Notes: a model not told the origin generated them from the letters alone. DNA of 64,000 nucleotides from Candidatus Bathyarchaeota archaeon (GCA_963777155.1 CAVZPM010000031.1:1-64000); one strand, 5' to 3'. Shown: positions 51,693-62,469, counted from the stretch's first letter. Numbers and translations: made by a program.

Positions 51693-52790
51693 TTGAAAAA
51701 TAAAGGTCCGCTATTTATTGTTCCCTGGCGATGCACGTTTGCCTGCGACAGCACATGTGTCCACTGTGCCTCTGCACAAAAAACCGCTGCCCCAGATGAA
51801 ATGGGCACGGAAGACGCCAAAAAAATGGTTGACAAAGTTTCTGATTTCGGCGCGACCTTTTTCGGAATCACAGGCGGGCAACCGTTTCTCCGCAAAGACC
51901 TCTTTGAAGTGCTTGATTATGCAACAGAAAAGGGTTTGAGTACCAGCATAATAACTGATGGGCGTCTCTTCGATGAGACAGCGTTAAAAAAAATCGTCAA
52001 GAACCAAACAAAAATTTCTGTGAGTATCGATGGTGCCGAGAAAACTAACGATGCCATACGAGGCAAAGGTGCCTATGACGCGGCAATCTCTGCCATCGAG
52101 CAGGTCTCAAAAGAGAAACTCCTAAACTGCTTGGTTTACACATTTGCAAACGCAGGAAAAACAACCAATGCAAACGAAGAAGACATGCGGCATGTTTTGG
52201 ATTTAGCCAGAAAACATGATGCTCGCTGGGTGGTCTTCCATGGCATGATTCCATACAGCGGCGATAAAGCCTGCCTCAAAGCAGATTTAACCCCTGCCCA
52301 GTACGAGTGGGTATGCAACAAACTCTACGACCTCACTCCGGAATACAATGGGAAACCCTGTATCAACGTCTACATCCCATTCTACGCCAGAGTAGCCAAA
52401 CAGCGCGGCATGCCTGACTTCGACAACTGGTACAACAACTTCTTCTTGGGTCGGTGTTTCTTTGGCAAATTCATGAGCGTGGCAGAGAACGGAGAAGTTA
52501 TTCCCTGTAGCTACAACGATGCTTACCGAGTCGGAAACGTCAAGGACAAATCACTCGAAGAGATCTGGGAGGGAATGCAGAGTAGCGAATTCTTTAGCAG
52601 AGTCAAAGACAAGGCTAACATAAAGGGTAAATGCGGTGCCTGCGAATACATTGATCTCTGCGGCGGATGTCGATCGGCAGCATTGTTCTATACTGGAGAT
52701 ATATTAGGCTCCGACCCCAGATGCGGCTACGTTCCAGTGCGCTTAGAAAAAAGTAATCTTCCAACGGTCACAGGTCTGGAGTTTGCATAG
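51693..52790 (+). CDS. Radical SAM/SPASM protein (NirJ/Ahb/PqqE-like)
   Basis: CDSTCVHC, TGGQP, C..GEVIPC, CGACEYIDLCGGCR..C. Confidence 0.9.
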   Translation: MKNKGPLFIVPWRCTFACDSTCVHCASAQKTAAPDEMGTEDAKKMVDKVSDFGATFFGITGGQPFLRKDLFEVLDYATEKGLSTSIITDGRLFDETALKKIVKNQTKISVSIDGAEKTNDAIRGKGAYDAAISAIEQVSKEKLLNCLVYTFANAGKTTNANEEDMRHVLDLARKHDARWVVFHGMIPYSGDKACLKADLTPAQYEWVCNKLYDLTPEYNGKPCINVYIPFYARVAKQRGMPDFDNWYNNFFLGRCFFGKFMSVAENGEVIPCSYNDAYRVGNVKDKSLEEIWEGMQSSEFFSRVKDKANIKGKCGACEYIDLCGGCRSAALFYTGDILGSDPRCGYVPVRLEKSNLPTVTGLEFA

Positions 52791-52848
52791 GCTGATAAAT
52801 CGATATCACGAGAAAGGCGAATAATGACTACTTCTCTATCTATTAAAC

Positions 52849-53859
52849 CTAATTTACTGGACGATTTTGTTTAAGGATGGATGCAATAGTTGCAGCAGTC
52901 CTACGTCTACGTCTAACAGTCACCACGATAGCCACAAGAGCGATTAGTATGGCTAAGGCAATAACAATGGCTATCCAAGGTGTCGTGGCTGGATTTAACA
53001 TCTGAATAAAGGGTATCTGCAGCGTGAAGCCATGTTCGCTCTGAGTATACAAGCAGGAGATTAACCATACGTCGTCTTGGTCTTCGCTGGAAAATGCAAA
53101 CGCAATCGGTTTTCCATCTTTGTTCACTTCCAGCGTTTGAATGTCTTTTACAAGAGTTTTCGGAATACAAACGTGGACATATCCAGTTGTGCTTGAGGTT
53201 CCATTCGTGGTAAAGCTGAGTGTTTGGATTGCTGTTGTATAGTTAAGGTTTGATATGGTTGAGTTTGACGCTACAGAGAAAACGTTCCCTGTTGGATCGG
53301 GCATAAGCGCTAGGTTTACTGTAGTGTTTGTCCAATGTAATGTTGAGTTTCCTTCCCATTGTGCGTTGAGCAAATAGTTGCCTGTTGCATTGGGAATCCA
53401 AAGTGCTCCAAAGCCGCCGTCAGATCGGGTTTGTACCAATGAGAAGTTTTCCCATCTATTTCCAGAGTCGGCACTAAAGGAGAGAAAGATGGATGCACCG
53501 GGGATTGCGGTTTTATTGTAAGTTAGGGTGCCTGTTACTGCAACTTTGAGATTGCTTTCGGTGGCGGAGCTTTTGCAGTCTATCTTAAGGGTGGGTTTAG
53601 CTGTTGGCTCCGGTCTAGGTGTCGGGATTGGGGTAACGGTTGGTTCAGGACTAGGTGAAGGGGTTGGCGTTGGCGTCGAAAATGGAAAAGAGTCCGCCAA
53701 TGGAGAATATGCTATGTTCCCATTTTGAGTTAAAGTACTCGCCGAGGAAGCAGCAAGAGATGTACCGCTTGAGATTATCAAGACTATTACCAGTAGACCC
53801 AGCAGTTTAATATTTATCACGGAAATACCCGCTATCGATTGTTTTCTGTTAATATCCAA
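52849..53859 (-). CDS. Cell-surface protein with PT linker, beta domains and C-terminal TM anchor
   Basis: Shares TGNYL, NLAL.PD, SNSTI, GYV..IPKT with the C-terminus of 3312-5884; RRRRR after the TM. Confidence 0.8.
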   Translation of the reverse strand: MDINRKQSIAGISVINIKLLGLLVIVLIISSGTSLAASSASTLTQNGNIAYSPLADSFPFSTPTPTPSPSPEPTVTPIPTPRPEPTAKPTLKIDCKSSATESNLKVAVTGTLTYNKTAIPGASIFLSFSADSGNRWENFSLVQTRSDGGFGALWIPNATGNYLLNAQWEGNSTLHWTNTTVNLALMPDPTGNVFSVASNSTISNLNYTTAIQTLSFTTNGTSSTTGYVHVCIPKTLVKDIQTLEVNKDGKPIAFAFSSEDQDDVWLISCLYTQSEHGFTLQIPFIQMLNPATTPWIAIVIALAILIALVAIVVTVRRRRRTAATIASILKQNRPVN

Positions 53860-53883
53860 GCGGTGATATTAGGAGGTGTGAAT

Positions 53884-54639
53884 TTAAGGGTTTTTAGATT
53901 TTAGCGCTAATTGAACCTCTCTATGTTTTTGATACACTTTTCTTGGGCTAAAGACATGTATCCTTTCCTTACTTTCGAAGAGTGCTCGTATCAGTGGCAG
54001 GCTGAGCACCATCAATATCCTTCCGAAAATCGCTATCCTATCGGTTACTACTGCCATCAAGGGTTGCGTCCAACCAAACGGCAAGAATCCAGTTATGCCG
54101 TACAAATTAGGAATCGGAACCGACACAAGAAAATTAAGAATAACGCCCAAAATTAGTAGATACTCTTCATGCAAAAATGCATAGTACGACAAAGTACCAG
54201 CAATAACAACCACAAACATGAAAGACAGTATCACAAGAATAGCGGATAAGCCTAATTGAGGGAACGTATACAGTACGACTGTTATGGGAAAAAGTATTAG
54301 CATCGACAGATTGGAATACCTCAAAACCTTAACTTTGCTCACGACTGCGAAGCAGACAAAGCAAACAGCAACCTGAACCCCCATCCACCCCGCCATTCCA
54401 AAACCCATAATTTCTGGTATTGGAAAAAAGTACAAATCAGAAATGAGCACGGGAAAGAACATCAGAGCCAAAATAAACCAAAAATTATCCTTTGATTCCT
54501 GATATTTTTGGTTATAGAGGGTAACCATCGCTAAGAATACAAATATTCCTGCCCAGCCCATGGGGTGAAAGGGAATTAAGCTACTGCTAATAGGGCCGAA
54601 TGGGCTAAAGAAAAGCATGACAAAGGCTAATGCCTGCAA
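53884..54639 (-). CDS. Polytopic membrane protein
   Basis: About 8 hydrophobic segments; start uncertain. Confidence 0.7.
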   Translation of the reverse strand: MQALAFVMLFFSPFGPISSSLIPFHPMGWAGIFVFLAMVTLYNQKYQESKDNFWFILALMFFPVLISDLYFFPIPEIMGFGMAGWMGVQVAVCFVCFAVVSKVKVLRYSNLSMLILFPITVVLYTFPQLGLSAILVILSFMFVVVIAGTLSYYAFLHEEYLLILGVILNFLVSVPIPNLYGITGFLPFGWTQPLMAVVTDRIAIFGRILMVLSLPLIRALFESKERIHVFSPRKVYQKHREVQLALKSKNP

Positions 54640-54722
54640 AAACGAGGACTAATACGGATTGAATCTTGGGTTTTCTCAGTTTAGCGGTACTTTGATCTTT
54701 AATACTCCATTGTTTTCCACAC

Positions 54723-55415
54723 TTACGCTAATTTGTAGATTTTCATTTTTTGGTCTCCATAGACCAAAGTAAAAGGACCAGTATCCCTGCTATCCAAGAG
54801 CCTTGCAATCATAGTATCCTTCCCCAAATCGGTAAAACCCAAACTATTGCCCTGACTTGCCAAGTAATCAGTATAATTCAAGCCAGCTATCTTGAAGAAC
54901 CAAACAGAGTTCACTAAATCGTTTTTTCCTACCATAATATATGTTGCATTATACTTTCCCATTATCTGCGCTGTCTTCGACTGATTATCAGTGGTAAGTG
55001 CTGAGGCTACATCCAATATCTTTTCGTTAGGGTCAAACTCTTTTATTCCACTTGGGTCAGCAATAGAATTATTTATTTCATGAGAAGGATTTCGCACAAC
55101 AACGTTTCTTTCACCCACAGCCTTAATCATGTGACCGTAGTCCCACCAGCAGAGAATAGTTGCGTTCTCAGGAGTCGAACTGTTAATCCAATTTAGTCCA
55201 GCTTTCATGTTATCGTCAAAGTAGGTTGAGTTATGTTGTCCGACTTCGTCAGTGTATGTTAATTGGGTATGGTCAGTCCAATGAGTAACAACGGCGTTGT
55301 ATTTTCCGCCAATATTCTCGACGCTCGTTGGGACGGGGTGAAAAGAAAAAGCTAAAACCACTGTAATAATTGTGAGGGAAGCAATTATTAGCAGCAAGAA
55401 TCTTTTTCTAATCAA
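54723..55415 (-). CDS. Stand-alone AglB/STT3 C-terminal (WWDYG) domain protein
   Basis: WINSSTPENATILCWWDYGH; single N-terminal TM. Confidence 0.8.
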   Translation of the reverse strand: MIRKRFLLLIIASLTIITVVLAFSFHPVPTSVENIGGKYNAVVTHWTDHTQLTYTDEVGQHNSTYFDDNMKAGLNWINSSTPENATILCWWDYGHMIKAVGERNVVVRNPSHEINNSIADPSGIKEFDPNEKILDVASALTTDNQSKTAQIMGKYNATYIMVGKNDLVNSVWFFKIAGLNYTDYLASQGNSLGFTDLGKDTMIARLLDSRDTGPFTLVYGDQKMKIYKLA

Positions 55416-55563
55416 GAATCATCCGCTCCGAACTAAATTGTTTTTTATGATTTACGGTTACGATTGTTGTTGACATAATTCTTGATAAATTATGATTAAA
55501 AATAGGCTTTATGGTACGTTCACTTACTAGTACAATTGCTTACAAATACTGTTAAAAGCAAAA

Positions 55564-56241
55564 GTGATTAAACATACATTGAGGAACCTCAAGTTGACGC
55601 TGCGAAAACCGCTATTAGCTATAATACTGTCGCTTGTAATCGTCGTCTCGTTAATGGCGATAATTCAACTTGAGAAAAACAGTTCCCTAACTACCAATCT
55701 AACCGCGCCCTTAGCGTCCCCAGCGTTTTCTAGTCAAATAGTCTTTTCAGATATAGCCAGAGAAGCCCAGTCTCCGCTTATTAGCAATTCGACACGAGCA
55801 CAAGTCTACGAATTCATCGTTGCCAATCCCGGTATCCAATTTAGAGGCGTATGCACTGGACTATGTATCGCTATAGGAACCGCGGAGTTCCACTTGGGCA
55901 TTCTTAAGAAGGCGGGTTTAATTTCGTTTGTTCGAGACGGCAAGTACAAGCGGTTTTTTCCAGCCAAAAAATTCTCAGTGAAGGAAATGAAGCTAATTTC
56001 GCTCTTGAGGCATGAAACATCAAGGATAATTCTTAAGACGTTAGCGGCTGAGAAAACGGTTTCTCACGGCAAATTGGCTTCTGACCTCTACATTACTTCT
56101 CAAGGATTAACTTGGCAAATGAATCGGCTAAGAGAACAAGGCATCGTTCAAGGAAACTGGGCCGCAACCCAAGTTACATACTCCTTAAACGAAATCTACG
56201 TTCAAGCCTTGCCTGAACTTCTTTGCATAATAGAATCATAA
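55564..56241 (+). CDS. Double winged-HTH regulator with N-terminal TM
   Basis: RAQVYEFIVANPGI..., second wHTH (LTWQMNRL); hydrophobic N-terminus. Confidence 0.8.
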   Translation: MIKHTLRNLKLTLRKPLLAIILSLVIVVSLMAIIQLEKNSSLTTNLTAPLASPAFSSQIVFSDIAREAQSPLISNSTRAQVYEFIVANPGIQFRGVCTGLCIAIGTAEFHLGILKKAGLISFVRDGKYKRFFPAKKFSVKEMKLISLLRHETSRIILKTLAAEKTVSHGKLASDLYITSQGLTWQMNRLREQGIVQGNWAATQVTYSLNEIYVQALPELLCIIES

Positions 56242-56463
56242 GTCAACCAAAACACAAACAACAAATTATTATCCACTTAGTTTTTGCTTGCATCCCATGC
56301 TAAGCTGGCATCAAAACATAATCGGTTGGTTTTTTTTGCTATACTAATGGGGGCAGGAGTATTCTGTCACAACCTCTAAGGAAAAATAATTAGCGAGAGC
56401 AACGTGCACCCAAGAATGTTTGGAAGAGAGGGGCAAGGAATCGGTTGGATGCACGTCACGCAG

Positions 56464-56733
56464 TTATGGGTGTCTCAAGCTCCGTTGGAAGAGGAAACCA
56501 TAGATTTGTCTTGAACGGTTGTAGTTCTGTTGGGCTTTGGCTTTTGGATAGGATAGTTTTTGTGAGCCTCTGCTTGTTATGAATACGGAGCCGCCGTTCT
56601 TGAGGTGCTCTTTAACTTGGCAAAAATCCACTTGTTTTGCTTCTTGTACCTCAACGTCGTCGCTGGCGTCGTTGTCGAGGAGCAACACTTGAAATAGTGA
56701 TGGCTTTGTTCTTTTTCTTAGTTGTACAGTCAA
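56464..56733 (-). CDS. Hypothetical protein
   Basis: 89-aa ORF with AGGA upstream. Confidence 0.6.
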   Translation of the reverse strand: MTVQLRKRTKPSLFQVLLLDNDASDDVEVQEAKQVDFCQVKEHLKNGGSVFITSRGSQKLSYPKAKAQQNYNRSRQIYGFLFQRSLRHP

Positions 56734-56830
56734 AAATAATCCTTCCTTCTGGTTTGAGAGTAACCTTATATTTCTTTAAAAAAATGTTTAAAGCTATGTT
56801 GTTGCTAGCGCACTACCACAAGAAAGAACT

Positions 56831-57487
56831 TTACTGCAGGATAAACTTGAAGATTTTTGGATCTTTTAGAGATCCAACTATCAAATCAGGCTTTTCAACA
56901 GCAAGCTCTTGGCGGGAGTAAACACCTGTTGTAACGGCGATGCAGTCCATTTCTGCGGCTTTGGCTGCTTGAACGCCGAACAGCGAATCTTCCAAAACTA
57001 CGCTTCTTTGAGGGCTACTTTCTAGCTGTGAAGCTGTTTTTAAGAAGATTTCTGGGTTCGGTTTTGAGTGGGAAACCGCCTCAACTGTTAGTATCGTATC
57101 AAAATAGTCCGTTATGCAGTTAATTTTAAGTAAGTGCATGATGACGGAGCGGTTATTCATCGAAGCTAAACCCACTTTTGCCTTGCCTCGCAGCGCTTTT
57201 AAAAGTTCTTCTGCGCCCTCAAACAACTCTACATCAGTGGCTAATTTGATTTGCACTTTGCTTTTCCGCTCAACAAGTTGCTTAACAATTTTCTCGTCAA
57301 CTCGTCTATTTGCTGCTTGAAGGATTTCGCGGAAGGTTTCAGATGCACCGATGCCAATTCTGCGTTCAATATATTGAGTAGGAACTTCGAGATTAATTTC
57401 TTTAAGTGCTTTCTGGAATGAAACCACGATAGCTTTTCGTGTATCAGCGAGTGTTCCGTCCCAATCGAAGATTACGGCTTCAAACAT
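56831..57487 (-). CDS. HAD-family phosphatase
   Basis: FDWDGTLAD, KPNP, LEDS..GV. Confidence 0.92.
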   Translation of the reverse strand: MFEAVIFDWDGTLADTRKAIVVSFQKALKEINLEVPTQYIERRIGIGASETFREILQAANRRVDEKIVKQLVERKSKVQIKLATDVELFEGAEELLKALRGKAKVGLASMNNRSVIMHLLKINCITDYFDTILTVEAVSHSKPNPEIFLKTASQLESSPQRSVVLEDSLFGVQAAKAAEMDCIAVTTGVYSRQELAVEKPDLIVGSLKDPKIFKFILQ

Positions 57488-57495
57488 TTTTTTCG

Positions 57496-58305
57496 CTATG
57501 TGAGGTTTAATTTCTCTCGGATAGCTTGGCTTTTTTTGGTGGCTTCTTCTATGGCGCGTATCATGGCGGGTCGAATCTGAGATTGCTCAATTTGGTAGAT
57601 GGCTTCAATGGTTGTTCCGCCAGGCGTGGTGGTCATGTCTTTGATTTTTGCTGGGTCCTCGTTTAGGTCGATGACGAGTTTGCCTGTTCCCATCACGGTT
57701 TGTGCAGCACATTTGAGTGCGATGTTTCTTGGCAACCCAACCTTCAACCCCGCGTATGTTAATGCTTCGATGATGATTGACATGTAGCCTGGACCGCTAC
57801 CGCTGACAGCGGTGATGGCATCCATGTATTTCTCGTCCACTTCATCGCAGACACCCATCATGTTGAGGAGTGTTTTGACTTTTTCTTTGTCTTCAGCCGT
57901 CACGTTTTCCGTGCAGCAGTAAGCTGTGTAGGCAGCTTGAACCATAGCGCCAAGGTTAGGCATAATCCGCACAATCTTGCATTCAGAAGGAGTATTCTTC
58001 TTAAGAAAACTCAAAGGCACGGTGGCAGCCACAGATATTAGAAGTTTGTCTTTGATTTCTTGGTTTATTTCTTTAAGCACCTTCTCAACGTCACCTGGTT
58101 TAACAATGATGAAGACAACGTCAGAGTGGGCGGCGGATAAACGGTTGTCAGAGGACACCTTGACACCTAACTTTTCTAAATCACCGAGTTTTTCTGGGGC
58201 AATGTCCACGGCGGTGATTTTGCCAGCGTATTTACCTTTGACTATGCTTCTGATTATGGCGCTTCCCATCATGCCAGCGCCTATTACAGCGATTCTATCA
58301 TTCAT
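57496..58305 (-). CDS. proC: Pyrroline-5-carboxylate reductase
   Basis: GAGMMG, RIMPN, SGSGPGY, TPGGTT. Confidence 0.95.
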   Translation of the reverse strand: MNDRIAVIGAGMMGSAIIRSIVKGKYAGKITAVDIAPEKLGDLEKLGVKVSSDNRLSAAHSDVVFIIVKPGDVEKVLKEINQEIKDKLLISVAATVPLSFLKKNTPSECKIVRIMPNLGAMVQAAYTAYCCTENVTAEDKEKVKTLLNMMGVCDEVDEKYMDAITAVSGSGPGYMSIIIEALTYAGLKVGLPRNIALKCAAQTVMGTGKLVIDLNEDPAKIKDMTTTPGGTTIEAIYQIEQSQIRPAMIRAIEEATKKSQAIREKLNLT

Positions 58306-58372
58306 GACCGTTCACTTTAGTCTTTAGAAATACGGGTTTTGCTCTTTAAACTTTCGTAGCCAAGGCAACCGC

Positions 58373-59593
58373 CTATTTGGCCGAGACTAGTTCTCTTAGT
58401 ATTTTATGCATCGTTAAGGCAGGTGCATTTGTTTTTATGCTTCTAGGATTAAAGTGGGTTTGCACTGCTTGGAAGCCGCTAAGCTGAAGCGCTGTCAAGA
58501 ACGCTTGATTTGATGGGGCTGGGAGGTTGAGTTTTCCACTTAACTTGTCGATAACGTAGTAAGTGGGAGGTTCCGCGGTTTCGGCTCTGGTTAGGGTTAG
58601 CAGTTTTGTTATTTTAGCACTGTTTTTGAAAGAGGTATTCTGATTTTCCTTGATTATTTGTTCAATAAAAGATTGGTCAGAAATACTTCCTATCCATAAG
58701 GGTCCAGCATGCTCCATTCTGGCGCCGCATTCAGGACATTGGCTACTTTTACCGAAAATTTGACGAGTAGTTTCACGATGCATACAACCAAAACAGTGCA
58801 GAATATAGCCTGTTGCCTTGAGGCTTTCGTCAGATTTTTGGCATCCATATCCGATTTGGGCGTAGACTCGAATGTAGTGGTTGCTGCTGTGGCTGAATAG
58901 GATTCGAATTCCGATATCGTGTTTCGCTGCCACTGATGCCATGCATCCCGCCAAGAGCCGCACCGCCAACTCATGACAATACTCCGTGCGCAGAGGTTTG
59001 CCGCCATACTTACGCACACAAGCCTTTGCATGAACCCCGCAGAGAGGCGCCAAATCAGTGGCAGTAGCGGCAATTAACCCATTGTTTTTTATTGCTCTAA
59101 AAGCAGAATCCAAATAGGGCACGGGAGTTCCAAAGGGGTCGATGTCTATTATGTCAAAGCGTTTTTTGGGCGCGGCATTGTCACTTAAAACGGCATTTGC
59201 ATCTTTGTGTTTGAGGGTGATTTTGTCTTCCAACTTGTTTAACTCGATGTTGTATTTTGCTAGTGCTACAGCTGAGGTGTTGATGTCGCTTAGCAATACT
59301 CTTGTGACTCCATCGATTTCGGTTGCGAAGCGGATTCCTCGGATGCCTTGGCTGGTGAAGGGTTCGCAGATACTGATTTCGTGATTAACCATATGCTGGT
59401 AAGCTTTGAATGTCAAAATGGTTAGGTCACGGTTGAATTCCATGACGGGGTTGTAGAAGACTGGTGCTTTAGAGGGTGCATAATCGCTGGGAACGACGCC
59501 GTAGGCTGCGAGCTTAGGAACTAAGACTTGGACTTTGCCTTCTTTGATTATTTCGTTTGGAAAATCTGCGACGTAGCCTGTTTTGTTTGCCAT
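58373..59593 (-). CDS. trm1: tRNA (guanine-26-N2)-dimethyltransferase
   Basis: VFYNPVMEFNRD, GIRGIR, DIDPFGTP, GPLWIG. Confidence 0.95.
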   Translation of the reverse strand: MANKTGYVADFPNEIIKEGKVQVLVPKLAAYGVVPSDYAPSKAPVFYNPVMEFNRDLTILTFKAYQHMVNHEISICEPFTSQGIRGIRFATEIDGVTRVLLSDINTSAVALAKYNIELNKLEDKITLKHKDANAVLSDNAAPKKRFDIIDIDPFGTPVPYLDSAFRAIKNNGLIAATATDLAPLCGVHAKACVRKYGGKPLRTEYCHELAVRLLAGCMASVAAKHDIGIRILFSHSSNHYIRVYAQIGYGCQKSDESLKATGYILHCFGCMHRETTRQIFGKSSQCPECGARMEHAGPLWIGSISDQSFIEQIIKENQNTSFKNSAKITKLLTLTRAETAEPPTYYVIDKLSGKLNLPAPSNQAFLTALQLSGFQAVQTHFNPRSIKTNAPALTMHKILRELVSAK

Positions 59594-59673
59594 TTGGTCT
59601 GCTCCAGAGATGTTGGTATGAAAAGAATTTAATTGGCATATTAGACTTATGGTTAGTTGGTGTAGAAGACTTG

Positions 59674-60210
59674 ATGACGAGGGTTTTAGTTTTGACTGGT
59701 GCTCCAGGAGTTGGAAAAACCACCCTGCTTACTAAAATTGTGGATGCCCTAAAAGCCAAAGGCATCAGTGTTGGTGGAATGATTAGTCGTGAAGTGCGGG
59801 AAGACAATGTGCGGGTGGGTTTTGAAATTTTGGATTTAGCCAATGGCAGACATGGTTGGTTGGCTCACGTAAACGGGCAAAGTGGTCCGCAAGTGGGCAA
59901 GTACTATGTCAACCTTGACGGCCTCGACGCCATCGGCGCCGCAGCCATCACCCAAGCAATCGAAAAATGCAGTGTTATAGCAATTGACGAGATAGGTCCC
60001 ATGGAGCTTTACTCGGAGAAATTCAAACAAGCCGTAGTACAAGCGTTGGAAGGTAAAAAACTGGTGTTAGTGGTTGTGCATGGAAAAGCAAACGATCCGC
60101 TAGTTACTCAGGTTAAGCGAAGAGTTGACGCTGAGATTTTCAATGTAACTTTTTCTAATAGAGAAAATCTGCTTGTGCAATTAACACAAAAAGCCTTAAC
60201 TGCACTTTAA
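59674..60210 (+). CDS. THEP1-family NTPase
   Basis: LTGAPGVGKTT, RVGF, IDEIGPME. Confidence 0.92.
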   Translation: MTRVLVLTGAPGVGKTTLLTKIVDALKAKGISVGGMISREVREDNVRVGFEILDLANGRHGWLAHVNGQSGPQVGKYYVNLDGLDAIGAAAITQAIEKCSVIAIDEIGPMELYSEKFKQAVVQALEGKKLVLVVVHGKANDPLVTQVKRRVDAEIFNVTFSNRENLLVQLTQKALTAL

Positions 60211-60307
60211 CCCTGACTCAGTTATCTTTCTAAGACTCCAATAGTCAATCTATACAGAAACGATGCATGTTAGGTCGAAAAAGCCTTAAGATGGCTGACT
60301 AGAAATG

Positions 60308-60586
60308 TCATCTGTTGTTTTTTATTTTGCGTTTTGTTTGATGGGTCTTTGTGGGTTCATCCCAGTATTTATCAAATTCTTCAGGTGTCATGATGTTTAG
60401 GCTTTTGAGTTGTTGGCTGAACGCATCCAGTGCGCAAGGGTTGTTTAAGTGTGCGCGGTAGATTTCCATCAACAAGTCCACAGCAATCGAAACAGAAATA
60501 GGCTTCTTAGCCATCATCGACAACTCCTCAGAGACTTTAACTAAATCCTCAAAAACCCGCAAAGGCAGATCAACAGTCTTAACCAT
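60308..60586 (-). CDS. Small hypothetical protein, possibly RHH-like
   Basis: AGGTGA SD; KTVDLP..VFEDL. Confidence 0.7.
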   Translation of the reverse strand: MVKTVDLPLRVFEDLVKVSEELSMMAKKPISVSIAVDLLMEIYRAHLNNPCALDAFSQQLKSLNIMTPEEFDKYWDEPTKTHQTKRKIKNNR

Positions 60587-60599
60587 ATAATCACCTAGT

Positions 60600-61145
60600 T
60601 TACAAACACTTGGCTATTTGTTCTGCGTCCCTTTTAATCTTCGCCAACTCATTCGCCGTCGGTTTGCCTCTAATATCGCCTAGCCTGCCTAGCGTACTCA
60701 TGTCCAATCTGCCGTGAAACTCTCCAACAAAATACCATTCGCCAACGATATTAAAGCCGAAATGCTCAAAATATTGCCTCACCGTTTTCCCAGCAGGCGT
60801 AGCCTCATCTATACCTGTGTGTGGACCTGAATATGTACAGAAGATAAGCGCGTTTTTTCCAGCAACCTTTGGGGCAGACGGCTTAATCTTTCCTTGGCTA
60901 CGATACAGGTTAAGTTTAGCTTTCAATAAGCCAACTATGGGTTTTGCTGGTTGCCATTCAATCGAGGGTGAACCTACACAAACCAAATCATATCCGAAGA
61001 AATCGGTTTCAGCGGCCTCTGTAGGCTTCTTTAAATCGACCTGCATTCCGCCAGATTCAAGGCCTTCCTTGATAGCGGTTGCGACTTTCTGGGTGTTTCC
61101 TGTGCTTGAAAAATACACGAGTAACGCTAACTTCAAAATTTCCAC
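60600..61145 (-). CDS. Flavodoxin-family protein
   Basis: YFSSTGNT, VGSP, FCTYSG. Confidence 0.88.
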   Translation of the reverse strand: MEILKLALLVYFSSTGNTQKVATAIKEGLESGGMQVDLKKPTEAAETDFFGYDLVCVGSPSIEWQPAKPIVGLLKAKLNLYRSQGKIKPSAPKVAGKNALIFCTYSGPHTGIDEATPAGKTVRQYFEHFGFNIVGEWYFVGEFHGRLDMSTLGRLGDIRGKPTANELAKIKRDAEQIAKCL

Positions 61146-61236
61146 CTAATCTAACTTGCCGTCTTTTAAATAAAAGCATATACCTTGCCAAATAAGAAAA
61201 TTAAATAAACAAAGTTGCTGTTAGGAACATACGTGA

Positions 61237-62469
61237 GTGCTTGGGTTAATGAAACAAGCTACAGTTTTGGCCGCCACAACGTTATTGACATTATCAGTTT
61301 TGGTGGCTGCATTCATTAATTATGACTTTGTGAGCAAAACTGCAAGCAATCAGGAACCTGTTCATATCGGCGTATCGTTCTGTGGAAACACCACCGCTGA
61401 AGCAAAACTCCTAGTCGACCGCGTCAAAAACTACACAAACTTTCTGGTTATCCAATCAGGGCCTGTCAGTAAGAATGAAAGCAGCTTAACTGAAATAGCG
61501 GATTATGCAACGCAGCAGGGATTAGATATTATTCCATTTTTTGGAATATTTGATCCTGACCAACCCTGGCAGTTGCCATGGGTTGACTCTGCAAAACAAA
61601 AATATGGAAGCCAATTCCTAGGCGTTTATTACTACGATGAACCCGGCGGAATACAACTTGATATAAATAATACTGAGTGGGCTCACTTTTTCAATTCTTA
61701 CGTGCGCCGATTTGAAAATTCATCTTTGTATCAGACTCATTCAGAGGGGATAGATCAATTCATTAACGGCAGTTTAACACGCGATTACGATTCAGCTGCA
61801 AGAGTTTATGTTGATTCATTCAAACGTTATAGCGACCTCCAAGCGTTACGCAATAATTCAATTTCAATCTTCACATCTGACTATGCTCTTTACTGGTACA
61901 CATACAAGGGGGGTTGGGATGTTCTTTTGACTCAACTTGGATGGAACATCTCAGTCCAACAAGATATAGCACTTGTGCGTGGTGCCGCAAACATCCAAAA
62001 CAAAGAATGGGGCGCTATGATAACTTGGAAGTACGATGAGCCGCCGTACCTTGATACAGGCGAAGAAATTTACAAACAAATGCAGATGGCCTACACAGCT
62101 GGAGCAGACTACATAGTGGTTTTCAACTATCCCCAAAATGACACTTCGAATCCTTACGGCGTCATGAGAGATGACCACTTTTTGGCGCTTCAAAACTTCT
62201 GGAATGACATTAAAACCCAAAAGATCATGCAGGGCTCTTCAAGTGGTGAGGTAGCGTTTGTTTTGCCAGAAAACTATGGTTGGGGCATGCGTCGTCCAGA
62301 CGACAAGATTTGGTATTGGGGACCCGACGAGGTCTCGCAGCAAATCTGGAACACAAGCCGTCAACTGTTGTTGCAATATGGGTTACGTTTAGATATTGTC
62401 TACATTGACCCCCAATTTCCGATTGAAGACAACTATTCACGGATCTATTATTGGAATCAAACACTATGA
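61237..62469 (+). CDS. Membrane-anchored hypothetical protein; paralog of 1726-3084
   Basis: [40 protein letters not shown]. Confidence 0.8.
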   Translation: MLGLMKQATVLAATTLLTLSVLVAAFINYDFVSKTASNQEPVHIGVSFCGNTTAEAKLLVDRVKNYTNFLVIQSGPVSKNESSLTEIADYATQQGLDIIPFFGIFDPDQPWQLPWVDSAKQKYGSQFLGVYYYDEPGGIQLDINNTEWAHFFNSYVRRFENSSLYQTHSEGIDQFINGSLTRDYDSAARVYVDSFKRYSDLQALRNNSISIFTSDYALYWYTYKGGWDVLLTQLGWNISVQQDIALVRGAANIQNKEWGAMITWKYDEPPYLDTGEEIYKQMQMAYTAGADYIVVFNYPQNDTSNPYGVMRDDHFLALQNFWNDIKTQKIMQGSSSGEVAFVLPENYGWGMRRPDDKIWYWGPDEVSQQIWNTSRQLLLQYGLRLDIVYIDPQFPIEDNYSRIYYWNQTL

